64,000 nt of DNA from Fistulifera solaris. Taxonomy: Eukaryota. Made by a program: the position numbers and the translations under genes. Of this stretch, positions 1 through 11,553 are shown piece by piece (positions within the stretch are counted from its first letter, which is position 1; every line of letters starts with the position of its first letter). The stretch is from assembly GCA_030295235.1 (NCBI GenBank), contig AP026124.1, positions 434,001 to 498,000 of the forward strand. Reading direction: 5' to 3'. The notes below the pieces were generated by a model. That model had not been told where the DNA came from. It saw nothing but the letters and a program-made list of their open reading frames with translations, and searched no databases.

Positions 1-125
1 TAGAAGAGTCAGTCTTCTTACATTGAAACAACTTCCGAATCTATCAGCACGCCTTGCGATGGCGACAACAAAGATTCCTACATTATTTTCATTTTGAGCA
101 TAGAAAAATTGTCTGGAACCGAGAG

Positions 126-1868
126 ATGTTCACGTGCAGCTACTTGGATTTCTCGAGTCGTGGAGATAACCGGCCGGTGGAATTGATGATTTTCACCTGG
201 GTATTTTATATCATTCTTCCGCCAGCCGTCCTTACTCTAGCAATTACGAAGAACTTCTTCGTGACTGTGGCTGCTGCTTTTACGCTTCCATCACTTGCCA
301 TTTGCCAGGGAGCTATTGGTATTTTGAAATACCGCTACTTCTTCGGAGATGCCCCTCACCCTCTGACTCCGAGTCATGGTGTTGTCGTAGTTCATTCAGA
401 AGACGAAAATGATTTAGCAAGCAGCAACTCTGACGATGAACCCTCTCAGTCGCAATGTCATGGCGATGAGTACAAGGCCGCCCTCTTCCTCTACGAGATC
501 CTCCGAGGTGCCTTCAAGCAGCGTTGCAAAAGGCTCCGATTCGTGTACTTGTGATTGGAGATTCACTGGCGATTGGCGTGGGACAGAGCAGGTCCGCAAC
601 TCCGATCTTACCAGAGGCGATTAGTAAAACTCTTTCGAAGAAGCTGGGCGGACGAATAGTTTATTGGAGTTGTCATGGAGCCCCGGGCGCGTCGACCGGA
701 TGGATTGTGAGAGAAATAGAACGAGGAATCAAGTTTGATAAACAAGACGATCCGAAGCAGTCAACTATCGAGGATGATGATGACTCGATCGCCCTAGACC
801 AATTATGTAAACCGTGTTGCAGCGACACTGATTCCAGTTCAGATGATTCTTCATCTTGTGACGAGACGTCAGAACCGTGCTCGTCGTCTCAGCGCAGCGA
901 GAACGATGAGGACTCTGCAACCCTTAGTCAATGGAGAGAGCTACTGACAGAACATCGAAAACGCTTCGATCAATCTGATTCACTGGGGCCTTATGACATT
1001 GTTGTTGCAGTAACCGGCTCGAATGATCTCAAAAGCGCGTGTTTTCCGTTTCTGCTAAGAGGAGAAGATATTGAGTTCCGACGACAGGCGAGAGAAAGAG
1101 GTGGCAGCTATACGCAAGAGTTGCGGCGGCTTCTGGAATCATTGAACGATACGATGCAACGACAGTTTGAAACCATCCGTCTCCAAGTGGAAGTCGCCAA
1201 GGATTCTGTGCTCGAAAAAGTCGGAGAAACGTTTGAGTATATTTCACCTGGTAGTAGCCAACGACTTCCGAGTCCAAGTCAAAAAGACGGAATTTCACGG
1301 TCTAGTAATAAAGAAAGCGACCAGAAGCAGCCTACTACGAGTAATCAACCATGGCGTCAAGAATCCAGAAGTCGCCCCTTGGTTGTTCTGCCGGGCATGT
1401 GTGCGCGCGCCGTCCCCCTCCTTCCAAATATTGCCATTGAAATTTCTCTCTGTTCCGAGCGTGGACATTATGGACATGCATAAGCGAAACTTTGCTGAAG
1501 CGAATGAAGGAGACGTCATGTTCGTTCCGGCCCCGTCGATTCATAATCTTGCAGAATACCAAAACCGAAAAGGCGAATTATGGTCACAAAAGGATACGGA
1601 AAATACTATTCTAGCGCTTCGTGATATATCCAAAAGAGACAGGCGGCGCATTGAGCGTGACATGAGCCGGTATTACCGAGAGAAGGCGGATGCTGTGAAT
1701 CGAAGTATCGCTTCTCGATTTTCGTGGCTTTACTTGCATATGCCGGCCAATGATATGTTTTCTGTGGATCAAGTTCATCCATGCGACGAGTGCTATGACT
1801 GTTGGGGACGGTTGATTGGGAACGCCATTTCAGAAGAGCTACAATCGAAAAAGAAACTGGCCAGCTAA
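126..1868 (+). CDS. Membrane-anchored SGNH/GDSL hydrolase family protein (2 homopolymer frameshifts)
   Basis: N-terminal hydrophobic helices; block I VLVIGDSLAIG, block III GSND, block V DQVHP. Three ORF pieces join by +1 A at ~528 and -1 C at ~1414. Start codon uncertain. Confidence 0.75.
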
Positions 1869-2149
1869 GTTGTCGCTCCTATCCTGCTGAACGGAGGTTC
1901 CTGACTCGCCTCAATCGTTTCTTAAGGACGCCGTTAGTGGATGCTCTGTACATTTGCCTTAACGATTAAGCTGCATGCGGAAGAATCATCCACGGCTTGT
2001 ATTTCTCTCTATTGTAAGATACACTTGATACAGATGTCTTTTGGAGTCAAATTAGCCATGCCATCTGTTGTTTTCCTTCATTGATCTATATGATAACCTT
2101 TGAATTATCAAATTAGACGAATTTTTGTGAAGATGACGCTGTAATTGTA

Positions 2150-2219
<70 letters not shown>
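2150..2219. repeat. (GAT)n microsatellite, ~23 perfect units
   Basis: Directly visible; intergenic, ~330 bp upstream of the LHCF start. Confidence 0.97.
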
Positions 2220-2552
2220 GTTCGGGTAAGTTTGATTTGAAAAACTAAGATTCGTAGCTAAATTATCGTAGTTATAGCCCTGAACCACTCTTGGCGCTAT
2301 AGCCAGTTGCAGTCTTCTTTCAAATTTCAAGCGTACGCTATGCGACAGGATCAGCTGTTTACAATACAGCAATTTCTAAATATTTTTCTGGTTTTACGTT
2401 TTTGTCCCTGCTTCGCGTCGACCCGCGAACTTTGAAGTTGAAAGCGTAAAGATCGCAGATCAAGGTCGCGTCACTTCGAGCCCGATTTTGCTTCTCGCTT
2501 TTCTTTTCCCAATCTCTCGAGTTCATTCAACACCATAACAACAAAAATTACC

Positions 2553-3235
2553 ATGAAGACCGCTATCCTTGCTTCCCTTATCGCCAGTGCCGCCGCCTTT
2601 GCTCCCGTTGAGCAGAAGGCTCGCACTTCGGTCGCCACTCAGATGTCGTCGTTCGAGAACGAGCTCGGTGTTACTCGTCCGTTGGGCCTTTACGATCCTC
2701 TTGGCTTGTTGAAGAACGCCGATGAAGCTAAGTTCAACCGCCTTCGATTTGTTGAGCTCAAGCACGGCCGTATTTCTATGCTTGCTGTTGTTGGATACCT
2801 TGCCACCAAATGCGGAAACCGTCTCCCTGGTGAGATCGCCTTCGGCACCAAGTTCAGCGATATTGGCGATGGATTCACTGCTTTGGCACAGATCCCCAAG
2901 GCTGGTCTTCTCCAGATTCTTTTCTTCATTGGTCTTTTGGAGACTTCCTTCATGAAGGCATGGATCCCTGGCGAGACTGTTGGTGACTTCCGCAACGGAT
3001 ACATCGATTTTGGCTGGGACTCGTTCAGCCCCGAAGAAAAGACACGTCAATACAACGCGGAAATCAACCAGGGTCGTGCCGCCATGATGGGTATTCTCGG
3101 TAAGAACTCATTTTGTGTCGTTTTGCTGCGAATGCATTTGTGCCTTGATCTGATGAACTCTTTACTTTTTCAGGACTTATGGTTCACGATCAGTTGGGCA
3201 ACGTCGACGATCTCATCCCCTTCAAGCTTGTTTAA
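2553..3235 (+). CDS. LHCF: Fucoxanthin-chlorophyll a/c light-harvesting protein (LHCF/FCP); intron 3100-3173
   Basis: Bipartite presequence ASAAA-FAP; motifs ELKHGRISMLA, PGETVGDFRNG, EINQGRAAMMG. Removing the GT-AG intron gives GILGLMVHDQLG...stop at 3235. Confidence 0.95.
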
Positions 3236-3545
3236 GCGTTTTAAGAATTTAAATAACTAGGATTCTGGTTGGTGCTTAGCTAATCTTGCATTTAAATTTG
3301 AAACGTAGCAACATCGCGTATGACTGCATGCAGAGGCTAGTAGACTACTAGGGTGTATGAAGCTGGATTCTGTATTAAACATGGCTTTAGCACCGAAAGC
3401 GAGGCGCAAATAATAGACGTAAAAAGATTCTATCGTGACTGATCACTGGAAATTGTCGTTAACATGAGCGGTGATGGTTTGCAAGGTAATGCGGACTTCT
3501 GTACCTATGAGGTGGTCCAGAAGCGTAGTCTTCGTATTTTCAGAG

Positions 3546-3996
3546 TTAAATAATATTGAAATAGCGTTGGCTAAACTGATTCCATCGACGACGCTCATCT
3601 TCCTGTCGAATATCCTCCATGACTTGGACTATGTGGAGATACCAGGGAACGAGTTCTACTGGCCACAAAGCCATTGCGATATATAAAGCCGAATTGTGCA
3701 ACTTTGCGGCTTGATAAAGCATCCACATTTCCCCCGCCACATTCACGGGAAGAAAAACAAAGTCCATAGTCGCTCCCCCAAGGTCCATCCGATCACAGTC
3801 GTGAAATGCGAATAGTGAACACATCCTACAAGTGGCGTGAGAAACAGCTCAATTCCCAGGCGAAACATGGGTAGTAACAATTCGTACCACGTGCCGTATT
3901 TTGAGCGCCCCTGTAGAGCATAGATTAACTCAATACAGGAAATGCACAAAGCGACTTGCACATAGTAAGACACGTTGGGCACCACTCATTCAACAT
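3546..3996 (-). pseudogene. Partial tandem copy (membrane domain only) of the adjacent hypothetical membrane protein; frameshifts at ~3978 and ~3777
   Basis: Shares ELIYALQGRS, LTPLVGCVH and GEMWMLYQAA with 4000-4959; begins 3 nt after that gene's stop. Confidence 0.6.
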
Positions 3997-3999
3997 ACC

Positions 4000-4959
4000 C
4001 TAATGCTCATTCTCTATCTCCTTCAAAAACTTCGCGATATGGTGAAGCCAGAGAAGGATCTGTAAGGGCCACATGAGCACCGCAAGATACAGACCAGCGT
4101 AATGCAACGCGGCGGCTTGATACAACATCCACATTTCACCCAGCAAACATAGGGGAAAAGAGAACACATCCAGAGTGATTCCGCCCAAAGCCCATCCAAT
4201 CACTGCAACAAAATGCGAACGGTGCACGCATCCCACCAATGGATTAAGAGAGTACTCAAGTCCCAAGCGAACAATGGGAAGAAGTAACACATACCACGAA
4301 TTATAGGATGAGCGTCCTTGTAGAGCATAGAGTATTTCCAAAGAGGAAACGCCCAGCGCAAATCGTACAGAGGACGATATATTCTCATTGCACCACGCGT
4401 TGTGGGTGGTGGGATCCCATGCGCAGAGAAGCAGCCACACGACATAAAACCAGCAAAGGAACCTCACAACATAGTACCATTTGTGCCAATCCTCGGGCGT
4501 TTTCCGATTCAACTCCTGTAAAAACATTGATGATCCTTTTTTAACGAATGGATTTCGTCGCCATTTCGGAAAAGGAACGATCTTCAGATCATGGAGTAGT
4601 TTTTCCATTGAAGTTTCATCCATCCACGACAGCGCCTGTCGAAGAGGACCGTCAACATCGTTTCCTTCCGCTTGATGTTTTCTCAAGACGGCGCCAGTTT
4701 GGTGCAAGTTAGCCATTACGGCGCGAATACTACCGCCAGGAGTCGGACGGATAAACTGCAGCAAATTCAGATATTTTAACAGCGATGAGAATTCTTCCGC
4801 AACCTCCTCTATGGTGGGAACATGACTGTCGCCTTTCTCCTCGGCTGCGCGATTGGACCTCCAAAAATCGGTTTGACAGCGACTGCACGTTTCTCGACCG
4901 TGTTTGGCACAATATAAACGACCGATTTCATCTCTTTGCACTTGCACGTAAGCTGACAT
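4000..4959 (-). CDS. Hypothetical protein: N-terminal C-x2-H-x4-C-x2-C putative zinc knuckle plus multi-pass membrane domain
   Basis: 319 aa ORF; CAKHGRETCSRC; several hydrophobic helices; two paralogous copies flank it. Confidence 0.75.
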   Translation of the reverse strand: MSAYVQVQRDEIGRLYCAKHGRETCSRCQTDFWRSNRAAEEKGDSHVPTIEEVAEEFSSLLKYLNLLQFIRPTPGGSIRAVMANLHQTGAVLRKHQAEGNDVDGPLRQALSWMDETSMEKLLHDLKIVPFPKWRRNPFVKKGSSMFLQELNRKTPEDWHKWYYVVRFLCWFYVVWLLLCAWDPTTHNAWCNENISSSVRFALGVSSLEILYALQGRSSYNSWYVLLLPIVRLGLEYSLNPLVGCVHRSHFVAVIGWALGGITLDVFSFPLCLLGEMWMLYQAAALHYAGLYLAVLMWPLQILLWLHHIAKFLKEIENEH

Positions 4960-5325
4960 CGCAGCAGTCGAAACTCTTCATTAATGTAAGCTTTCGTACT
5001 TATGGTTCATCCTATGGTGCATGAGTTTTTGTTCACAACATAGGTTACTAGTACAGTTGGGGAAAATTTTGGGAAGAAAACGTTTTTCGTGACAGAAATA
5101 TTCCAGTCGGAAAATGGGTTCTTCCGCAAAAATTTGATGCGGCAGCAAAGACAAATAATAACTAGAGAAAATTTATGTTCTTGTCATTTCCTTTGGATCA
5201 AACATCAGTCATTTTAAATTTCGTCAAGCTTTTGTAATTGAGTAGTTTAGGAGGGTCGACTATCAGCTCTCTCCGTGCGGCCAGATCATCGAGGGCCGAC
5301 ACCGACACAGGGCGCCTCACTTACA

Positions 5326-6380
5326 CTATCCGCGTTCTGTTGTATTTCGAACACCCATGGCTTTCAACAAACAAGTATACCAATGAACGATTTCTAAAGA
5401 CAGCAAGAAAGCCACAGCGATGTATAATGCAGAAGAATGCAACTCAGCTGCATGGCAAATCATCCACAATTCCCCCCACCACACCCAAGGGAACAAAAAC
5501 CAAATCCATTTCCGTACAAAGTTCACCAAAAGACCATCCCATCACCGCAAGGTAATGTGAATGGTGCACACAGCCCACCAACGGTGTCACGATCAATTCC
5601 ATTCCCAAACGCAACACGGGTAGCGCCAGTTCACTCTTCGTACGTTTCGGTGAAAGACCTTGTCGAGCGTAGACAATTTCCAAGCCAGAAACACCCAGCG
5701 CAAATGGCACGGAAGAAGAAATGTTTTCAATGCACCATGCGTTGTGAGCAGCGGGACTCGACGCGCAAAGTAAAACCCAAATCACGTAAAGCCAGCTGAG
5801 AAGTCGCACATGATAATACCACTGGTGCCAGTCCACTGGCGTTTTCTGACTCCACTCGTGCATGACGGAGGAGATATCTGTTTTGAGCAAATCATACCAG
5901 CTTTTTGATGATTCTTCCGGTTCCAGCTTGAGGTAGATTTCCATCTCCTGAAGGAGTTTGTCAACGTCATTTGCATCCATCCACGATACATCGCTTCGTA
6001 GAGGCCCATCGACATCTATACCTTGTGCATGCAGCATCTGCTATCGCCGCCTGTCTCTTCCGCAAAAAAAAGAAATGAAAGGTTCTATGTCTCTTCTCTC
6101 TAGGAGGCGGATGCGTTGTCTGCAACAATGCTAGCATTTGGAGCAGCTTAGAAAATGATTCCGCGATATCTTGTACGGTAGGGGGCGCGATAGCGAGCAT
6201 ATCCTTCGGCATTGTAGTCACTTTCTTCTGCCTTGTATTTCTCTTCATTCTTGTGTTGTTCTTTTGGCTTACGATTCCACCTTTTGAAATTGACACCACA
6301 TTTGCGACATTTGTCTCGGCCGTGTTTCGCGCAAAATTTTCGACCGCTTTCGTCTACGCGAATTTTTATGGTATCGTCCG
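5326..6380 (-). pseudogene. Frameshifted paralog of the zinc-knuckle membrane protein
   Basis: CAKHGRDKCRKC near 6300-6335, then PTVQDIAESFS, DVDGPLR, HNAWCIENISSSV, TPLVGCVH in different frames. No in-frame ATG found immediately upstream. Confidence 0.6.
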
Positions 6381-6740
6381 AGTTGCTTCTTCAATGTTCC
6401 TCAAATGAAGCTATTCATTCAAATCTATGAAAGGGAAATGAATAGCAGCGAAAAACAACACGCCGTTCGATTGACGAAGAGTGTTCTCTTTAACTATGGA
6501 TGACGGGAACAAGCGAAAAAATGTCCCCTCGAGCTTCGAATACACTTTTGTTGAGTACCGTTACGATTACGATCGTTTTTTTTGCGGTGTCGACCTCGAC
6601 GAAAGATCGCAAATAATAAGCAAAATGGTAATCATTGCTATGGATGCTGTGAACTTGATTATTTCATTCAATCTCGTCTAGCGTACAGTTACTATTATTG
6701 TGATTCAGCAGTTACCGTCCGGTTGCTTGTCACCTCGTGT

Positions 6741-7502
6741 ATGAAAGTAGTATCGCGCCACAGTTTACCATTGGCTTTCTTCTTGTATCGCGCCGACGCA
6801 TGGATTGTTCCGCAGCTTTCGAAACGTATAGCGATATCATCCCGTTTCTTAACCTCTTTTTACGGCAGTATGTCATCGGAACTCCCTGCACTAACGTTTG
6901 TGACGGGTAACAAGAAGAAACTCGAGGAGGTCAAGCACATCCTTTCCTCCAACGGCAATAAACTCCCTTTCGACGTAACGAATCAAAAGATCGACTTGCC
7001 CGAGCTCCAAGGAGATGATCCAGTCGAGATTGCGAAGGAAAAATGTAAGCTTGCGGCGGAGCAGGTCCAAGGACCTTGTTTTACAGAAGACACATCTTTG
7101 TGCTTCTATGCCTTGAATGGTTTACCCGGTCCCTATATCAAATGGTTTCTCGAGAAGTGCGGCCACGATGGCCTCAACAAGATGCTGGTGGGCTTCAATG
7201 ACAATAGCGCTTACGCACAAACAGTTTTCGCATTTACGATTGGGCCTGGTCATCCAGTGGAAGTGTTTGATGGAAGAACTGAGGGAAAGATTGTCCCCCC
7301 TCGAGGATCTTTGGATTTTGGGTGGGATCCAGTGTTTGAGCCACTGGAAGGGAATGGTAAAACGTACGCGGAAATGAACAAAGATGAAAAGAAGGCTATT
7401 AGTCACCGTAGTCGTTCCTTGGCCAAGCTCTCGGCTTACCTATCGGAGAATGCCGAATCGATCGCACAGGATCTTTCGACAAAAAAAGCACGTTCCTCTT
7501 GA
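6741..7502 (+). CDS. ITPA: Inosine triphosphate pyrophosphatase (Ham1/ITPA) with N-terminal presequence
   Basis: [43 protein letters not shown]. Confidence 0.93.
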   Translation: MKVVSRHSLPLAFFLYRADAWIVPQLSKRIAISSRFLTSFYGSMSSELPALTFVTGNKKKLEEVKHILSSNGNKLPFDVTNQKIDLPELQGDDPVEIAKEKCKLAAEQVQGPCFTEDTSLCFYALNGLPGPYIKWFLEKCGHDGLNKMLVGFNDNSAYAQTVFAFTIGPGHPVEVFDGRTEGKIVPPRGSLDFGWDPVFEPLEGNGKTYAEMNKDEKKAISHRSRSLAKLSAYLSENAESIAQDLSTKKARSS

Positions 7503-8052
7503 AATTAAAGCTTGTAGAATATGATTACTAGTCATTGTATCTCACGAGAGGTGAGCTACCTGGTACGTTTGCAGCTCATTTCAAAAAATCTTGCAAATCA
7601 TTTCGGTTCCATCTCCCATAATTTACTATAACGTCAAAGTGTTGTCTGTTTTTCGCCAAGACTGGATTTCAGTCATGACCCGGAAATCGTTTTACCCGCT
7701 TTTTGCTATTTATATTCGTGATGATGAATCATATCTGTTTCCTATCGTTGGACGTTATCATTTTATTGAATTGCATTTACATGAACTGCTCGATCTTTAA
7801 ACCAAAGGAGTATATGCTTTGGTTAAAACGTCGAAAACTCTCGTTTGAATTGGACTATCCACTAGAGGTTGCGAACTTTCGAGCAGAACGTTGGATGAAC
7901 AGGTTATGAGCTTCAGTGGCAACAAACCGGCCGCCGTTCGACGTTTTTTAAGGTTGGCTGGCATTACGCACCAGCAAAAGAACATCAACACATCATTGAA
8001 GGAAACACAACTACTCCTTTCCATTACTTTAGTTTATTTATCTGTTTGTAGG

Positions 8053-9135
8053 ATGCATAACCAGCGAACAATTAACAGTCAAAGACGGAAGGTGTATGCT
8101 TCGACGCCCGTCCGAGGCTTGCTCCTTTCCGTCTCACTGTCCTGCATCTATGCTACGGAAGGATTTGGCGCGCAACCAACCAAGCTCTGGGGACGTCTTA
8201 CTTCCACAACACAATTAAAAATCTATGCTCCTCCTGGTTCAGGATATGCCAGTTTAGATGACGAGCAGTCTGCTTTACCGAATACCTATGAACCGATGAT
8301 GGAATTTCCTGGAACGATGCGACCGGGTCGCACACCCGAAAACATGCCCTTTCAAGATCTGCCCATCGGAGACAATGACCCTGATCCCGTTCCGTGGCCC
8401 CATTTTCAACAGATTGAATGGCATCATCGTTGGGATGCACCCCATGAACACCCGATTCCGATGGAAGAATTTATTGAACTGCAAGGTCGCTGGGCGACAC
8501 CCGAGATGGAAGCTGCCATGCGTGTGGGAGCTCGAAAGGGAGTGCGGGAACGCCGTGAAATGGAGGAATCGGAGAAGCGGGATAATGTTATTACAGATGA
8601 CGATGACTATGATGAGCTGGATATTCCGGTGGCATTAGGGGATGGTATTTTCGGACAATTGGGTTCTTCCGCCGATCAAGCGGCAACTGCTGCCGCAACT
8701 TCGCCGAATCGCAAGGATCAAGAAGATGAAGAAGAAGAAGAAGAAGATTTAGATGATGGGTTCGATGATTTCTTACTGGATCTTGGTCTGGATGCTGAAA
8801 TGGAGGATGATTCAGATAGGAAGGGTCCGCAGAAAAAGATCGTGCCTCCAAGTGTCGGTTTCGGTGGCGAAGACGATGATGATGACGACGATGATGATGA
8901 TATTGGTCTGTCGTCGGTAGGTGGTGTGACCGCCTCGATCGATGTAGATGATGATGTTGACCTCGATCTGGGTCTAGATGATGACGACGATGAAGACGAC
9001 TTGGACGGTACAGACACAGTTCCCTTGGAAGATTTTGGGGACAGTGATACCATGGACACTGAAGATATTTTTGATGAAGGTGGCTTTGACTTTGATGACG
9101 CTGATTTCGATATGGATGGTGGAGACATGTGGTAA
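8053..9135 (+). CDS. Hypothetical protein, probably plastid-targeted, with Pro/Trp-rich core and long Asp/Glu-rich tail
   Basis: Long ORF; hydrophobic segment followed by ATEG-F; core YEPMMEFPGTMRPGRTPEN...WPHFQ; start uncertain. Confidence 0.7.
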   Translation: MHNQRTINSQRRKVYASTPVRGLLLSVSLSCIYATEGFGAQPTKLWGRLTSTTQLKIYAPPGSGYASLDDEQSALPNTYEPMMEFPGTMRPGRTPENMPFQDLPIGDNDPDPVPWPHFQQIEWHHRWDAPHEHPIPMEEFIELQGRWATPEMEAAMRVGARKGVRERREMEESEKRDNVITDDDDYDELDIPVALGDGIFGQLGSSADQAATAAATSPNRKDQEDEEEEEEDLDDGFDDFLLDLGLDAEMEDDSDRKGPQKKIVPPSVGFGGEDDDDDDDDDDIGLSSVGGVTASIDVDDDVDLDLGLDDDDDEDDLDGTDTVPLEDFGDSDTMDTEDIFDEGGFDFDDADFDMDGGDMW

Positions 9136-9208
9136 GGAAAAAATTACTCGCATTAATTTATAATCAAAATGAGTACAATGTTTCAGCATGGAGTTGTTGC
9201 GCTAGTAA

Positions 9209-10502
9209 TTAAATGGTGTCTTTCATGGAATCGATTTGCTGCATATCATCATTGTCAAGAAAACCGGGATTTTCTTCGAGAAGACGAGCCAGTTGCTGAA
9301 TGTGATTCTTGTTGCTTGACCTCGGTATGACGCTCATCCCATTTTGTAACGCCCAGCTCAAAACAACTTCGGCTGTGGATCGCCCGTGTTTGTTTGCAAT
9401 AGACTGAATACAAGGACTCCCTAATACAGGATTTCCAGATACAGAGTGGTGCTGTGTTCCTCTGCATCGCCAAAATTCAAGAGAGTCAGCTGTGCAGTGT
9501 TGGATAAGTTTGACGACCAACATTGTTGACTTACAAAGTACTATACGACACGAATTCAATATCGTGTTCCCGACAAATCCTTCGGAGTTCATCAGCTGGA
9601 TGAATGGGGTCGGCAAACGCCTGGACGACGTCTGGTTTTCGGGGAGGAGGATCTTCGTGCTGAATATCGCCGCTCTCTTGTCTTTGTTTTGCGAATTGTA
9701 TAATGTCCAAAAGTTCGTCCGGTCGTACATTCGACAAGCCGATTCGTGTTGCGGAGTGGTCCAAACCTACGACAGCCTCCATTGCTTGCCAAGCAGATCG
9801 CAAATCAAGAGTGGGAGGAGGATTATCACATCGAGGATGCCAACCTTTCCAACATGCCGGGGCATGAATATAGTAGACATCGAGAGGATACGGAATCGAT
9901 TTCTCCGTCATAATTCCCTTGTTCTCATCTGTAGCAGTTATCAAAATTTCATCACAAAATCCCAAAAGCTCTTCTCGACTGGCGGCAGCATGAGCGCGAA
10001 TGTCATCAAAGCTCGTCAAACTCCAGGGCGGAATCTTTGTCGATATGCGAAGATCTTCGATTTGACAGGATTTCCCACAAAAATTCGCAGAAACACACGT
10101 CTGATCTTCCTCTTCGTTCGTTGGCTGAAGAAAATAATGGGAAAGTGCTTTTCCGACACTGGCTTGGTCGTACCACCAATCTGCTTCGGCTGTATCAAAC
10201 TTACGAAAGCCGGCCTCGAGGGCAACACCGACTACGTTATAGCAGGATCCACCCAATGCGGCCGTCCCGAAACCGACACCAACAGCTGTAGAATGATTGC
10301 TCGTGTAGAACATGAGAAGAGGTCGAAAGAGGGGGGAATGTAAAAGAATAAGAAACGAAATACGGAGTAAGATACAAAATAATATAATGACGAATGAGTA
10401 AACGCGATAAGAAAAACGGTCGCCAAAACGCACAATACAAATCAATTGAGCTGAACTTACGGGACTGGAATCCAACCCGACTGCGACTGATGAGACGGAC
10501 AC
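9209..10502 (-). CDS. Aldo-keto reductase family protein; intron ~9463-9534
   Basis: GFGTA, GFRKFDTAE, STKI, LDVYYIHAP, IGLSNV, SYSTLG after splicing, VIPRSS. True start may be the ATG at 10313. Confidence 0.85.
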
Positions 10503-10865
10503 AGGACTACATTTTACGCGATAGTGATCATGGAGAGGTATTTCTAGGAAGTCAGCTACGTTTAACGCAATTCAATCCAGTGAAAACACCACCTAATCTA
10601 AATGATAAAGCTCCACAACAAGTCTTCATGAATCTTGAAAGGGGAGCGAGTTGTTTCATAAAGTGTTTTAACTTGAAAATTGGTTTTCATGGTGACTTAT
10701 TATCTTTTTTTCTGTGACGATTGGCAACCATCACATCTGGAGCTTAGTTGGATGCCGCGGCGAATGAAATAATAAGTCACAATCCCGACAAAGAGATGAA
10801 CCCTGATTGGATACTTGCGGTTTTCCAAAGAATAATTGAAACCTCCTAAAAACTGCTTATCTCTT

Positions 10866-11294
10866 TTATTCGGCGCTATTTCCCGAACGCGCATTAGTCG
10901 AGTTGGATGCCTGACTAGGTCGCTGTAGAGTCGGATGAGTGATGAATTGATCTAATGCTAGATCAGACCAACCTTCTTCCCGGCGTCGGCGTTCAGTAGC
11001 ATTGTTGGCCGCCACCGAAGAGTTACCAGTTGGGGAAACAACAATCGCATCTGCGTCCAGTTCGCCCTCTTCCAACAATGGCGCGACAATTGCTTCATGT
11101 CTCGATATGGGAATATCGTCATCTTCGAGTTGATCGAGTTCCCATGCACTGGCGCCCGTCCAAAAATATTGATCGTCTTCGATCTTGTCATTGTCGTCCA
11201 CCAAAAGAATATTCGGACGGCCAGCTGCCGGTCGAGCGAATGGTCTGCGATGTCTCGTCGCAGCGACATAGTTGCTATCTGATGGTTGCGGCAT
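10866..11294 (-). CDS. APC13: Anaphase-promoting complex subunit 13 (APC13/Swm1)-like
   Basis: WELDQLEDDDI and EEGWSDLAL match the two conserved Apc13 blocks (W-x2-D-x-L-x2-D-D-I; W-[TS]-D-L-A-L), recognised by eye. Confidence 0.6.
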   Translation of the reverse strand: MPQPSDSNYVAATRHRRPFARPAAGRPNILLVDDNDKIEDDQYFWTGASAWELDQLEDDDIPISRHEAIVAPLLEEGELDADAIVVSPTGNSSVAANNATERRRREEGWSDLALDQFITHPTLQRPSQASNSTNARSGNSAE

Positions 11295-11553
11295 TTACTA
11301 GTGGTGCGGTTAGAATCAAAGAGGGTGGTTTGTTTCATAAGTATATCGACACTGCTGTCGATAATCAGAAATGTCAGCTTTTTGCACGGCAATTAACACG
11401 ATGCAAAACTGACAGAAATCGCACCGGTACACATAGTTTTAGTGGCCAAAAACTAGGCTCCTTTTTAGGTCGGAACTAAAAACTAAATAAAAAAGGGATC
11501 AATTACAGACTAAATGATGGAATGAATTAAAGAAAAGGGTGTCGACAACCAAC

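Noticed and set aside
2052..2372. Poly-histidine ORF on the minus strand
   Set aside because: It is the translation of the (GAT)n microsatellite, has a non-ATG start and no other protein-like features.
8718..9128. Poly-serine antisense ORF and similar shadow ORFs (e.g. 2523-3050, 9492-10343, 53761-54408)
   Set aside because: Antisense shadows of well-supported genes.
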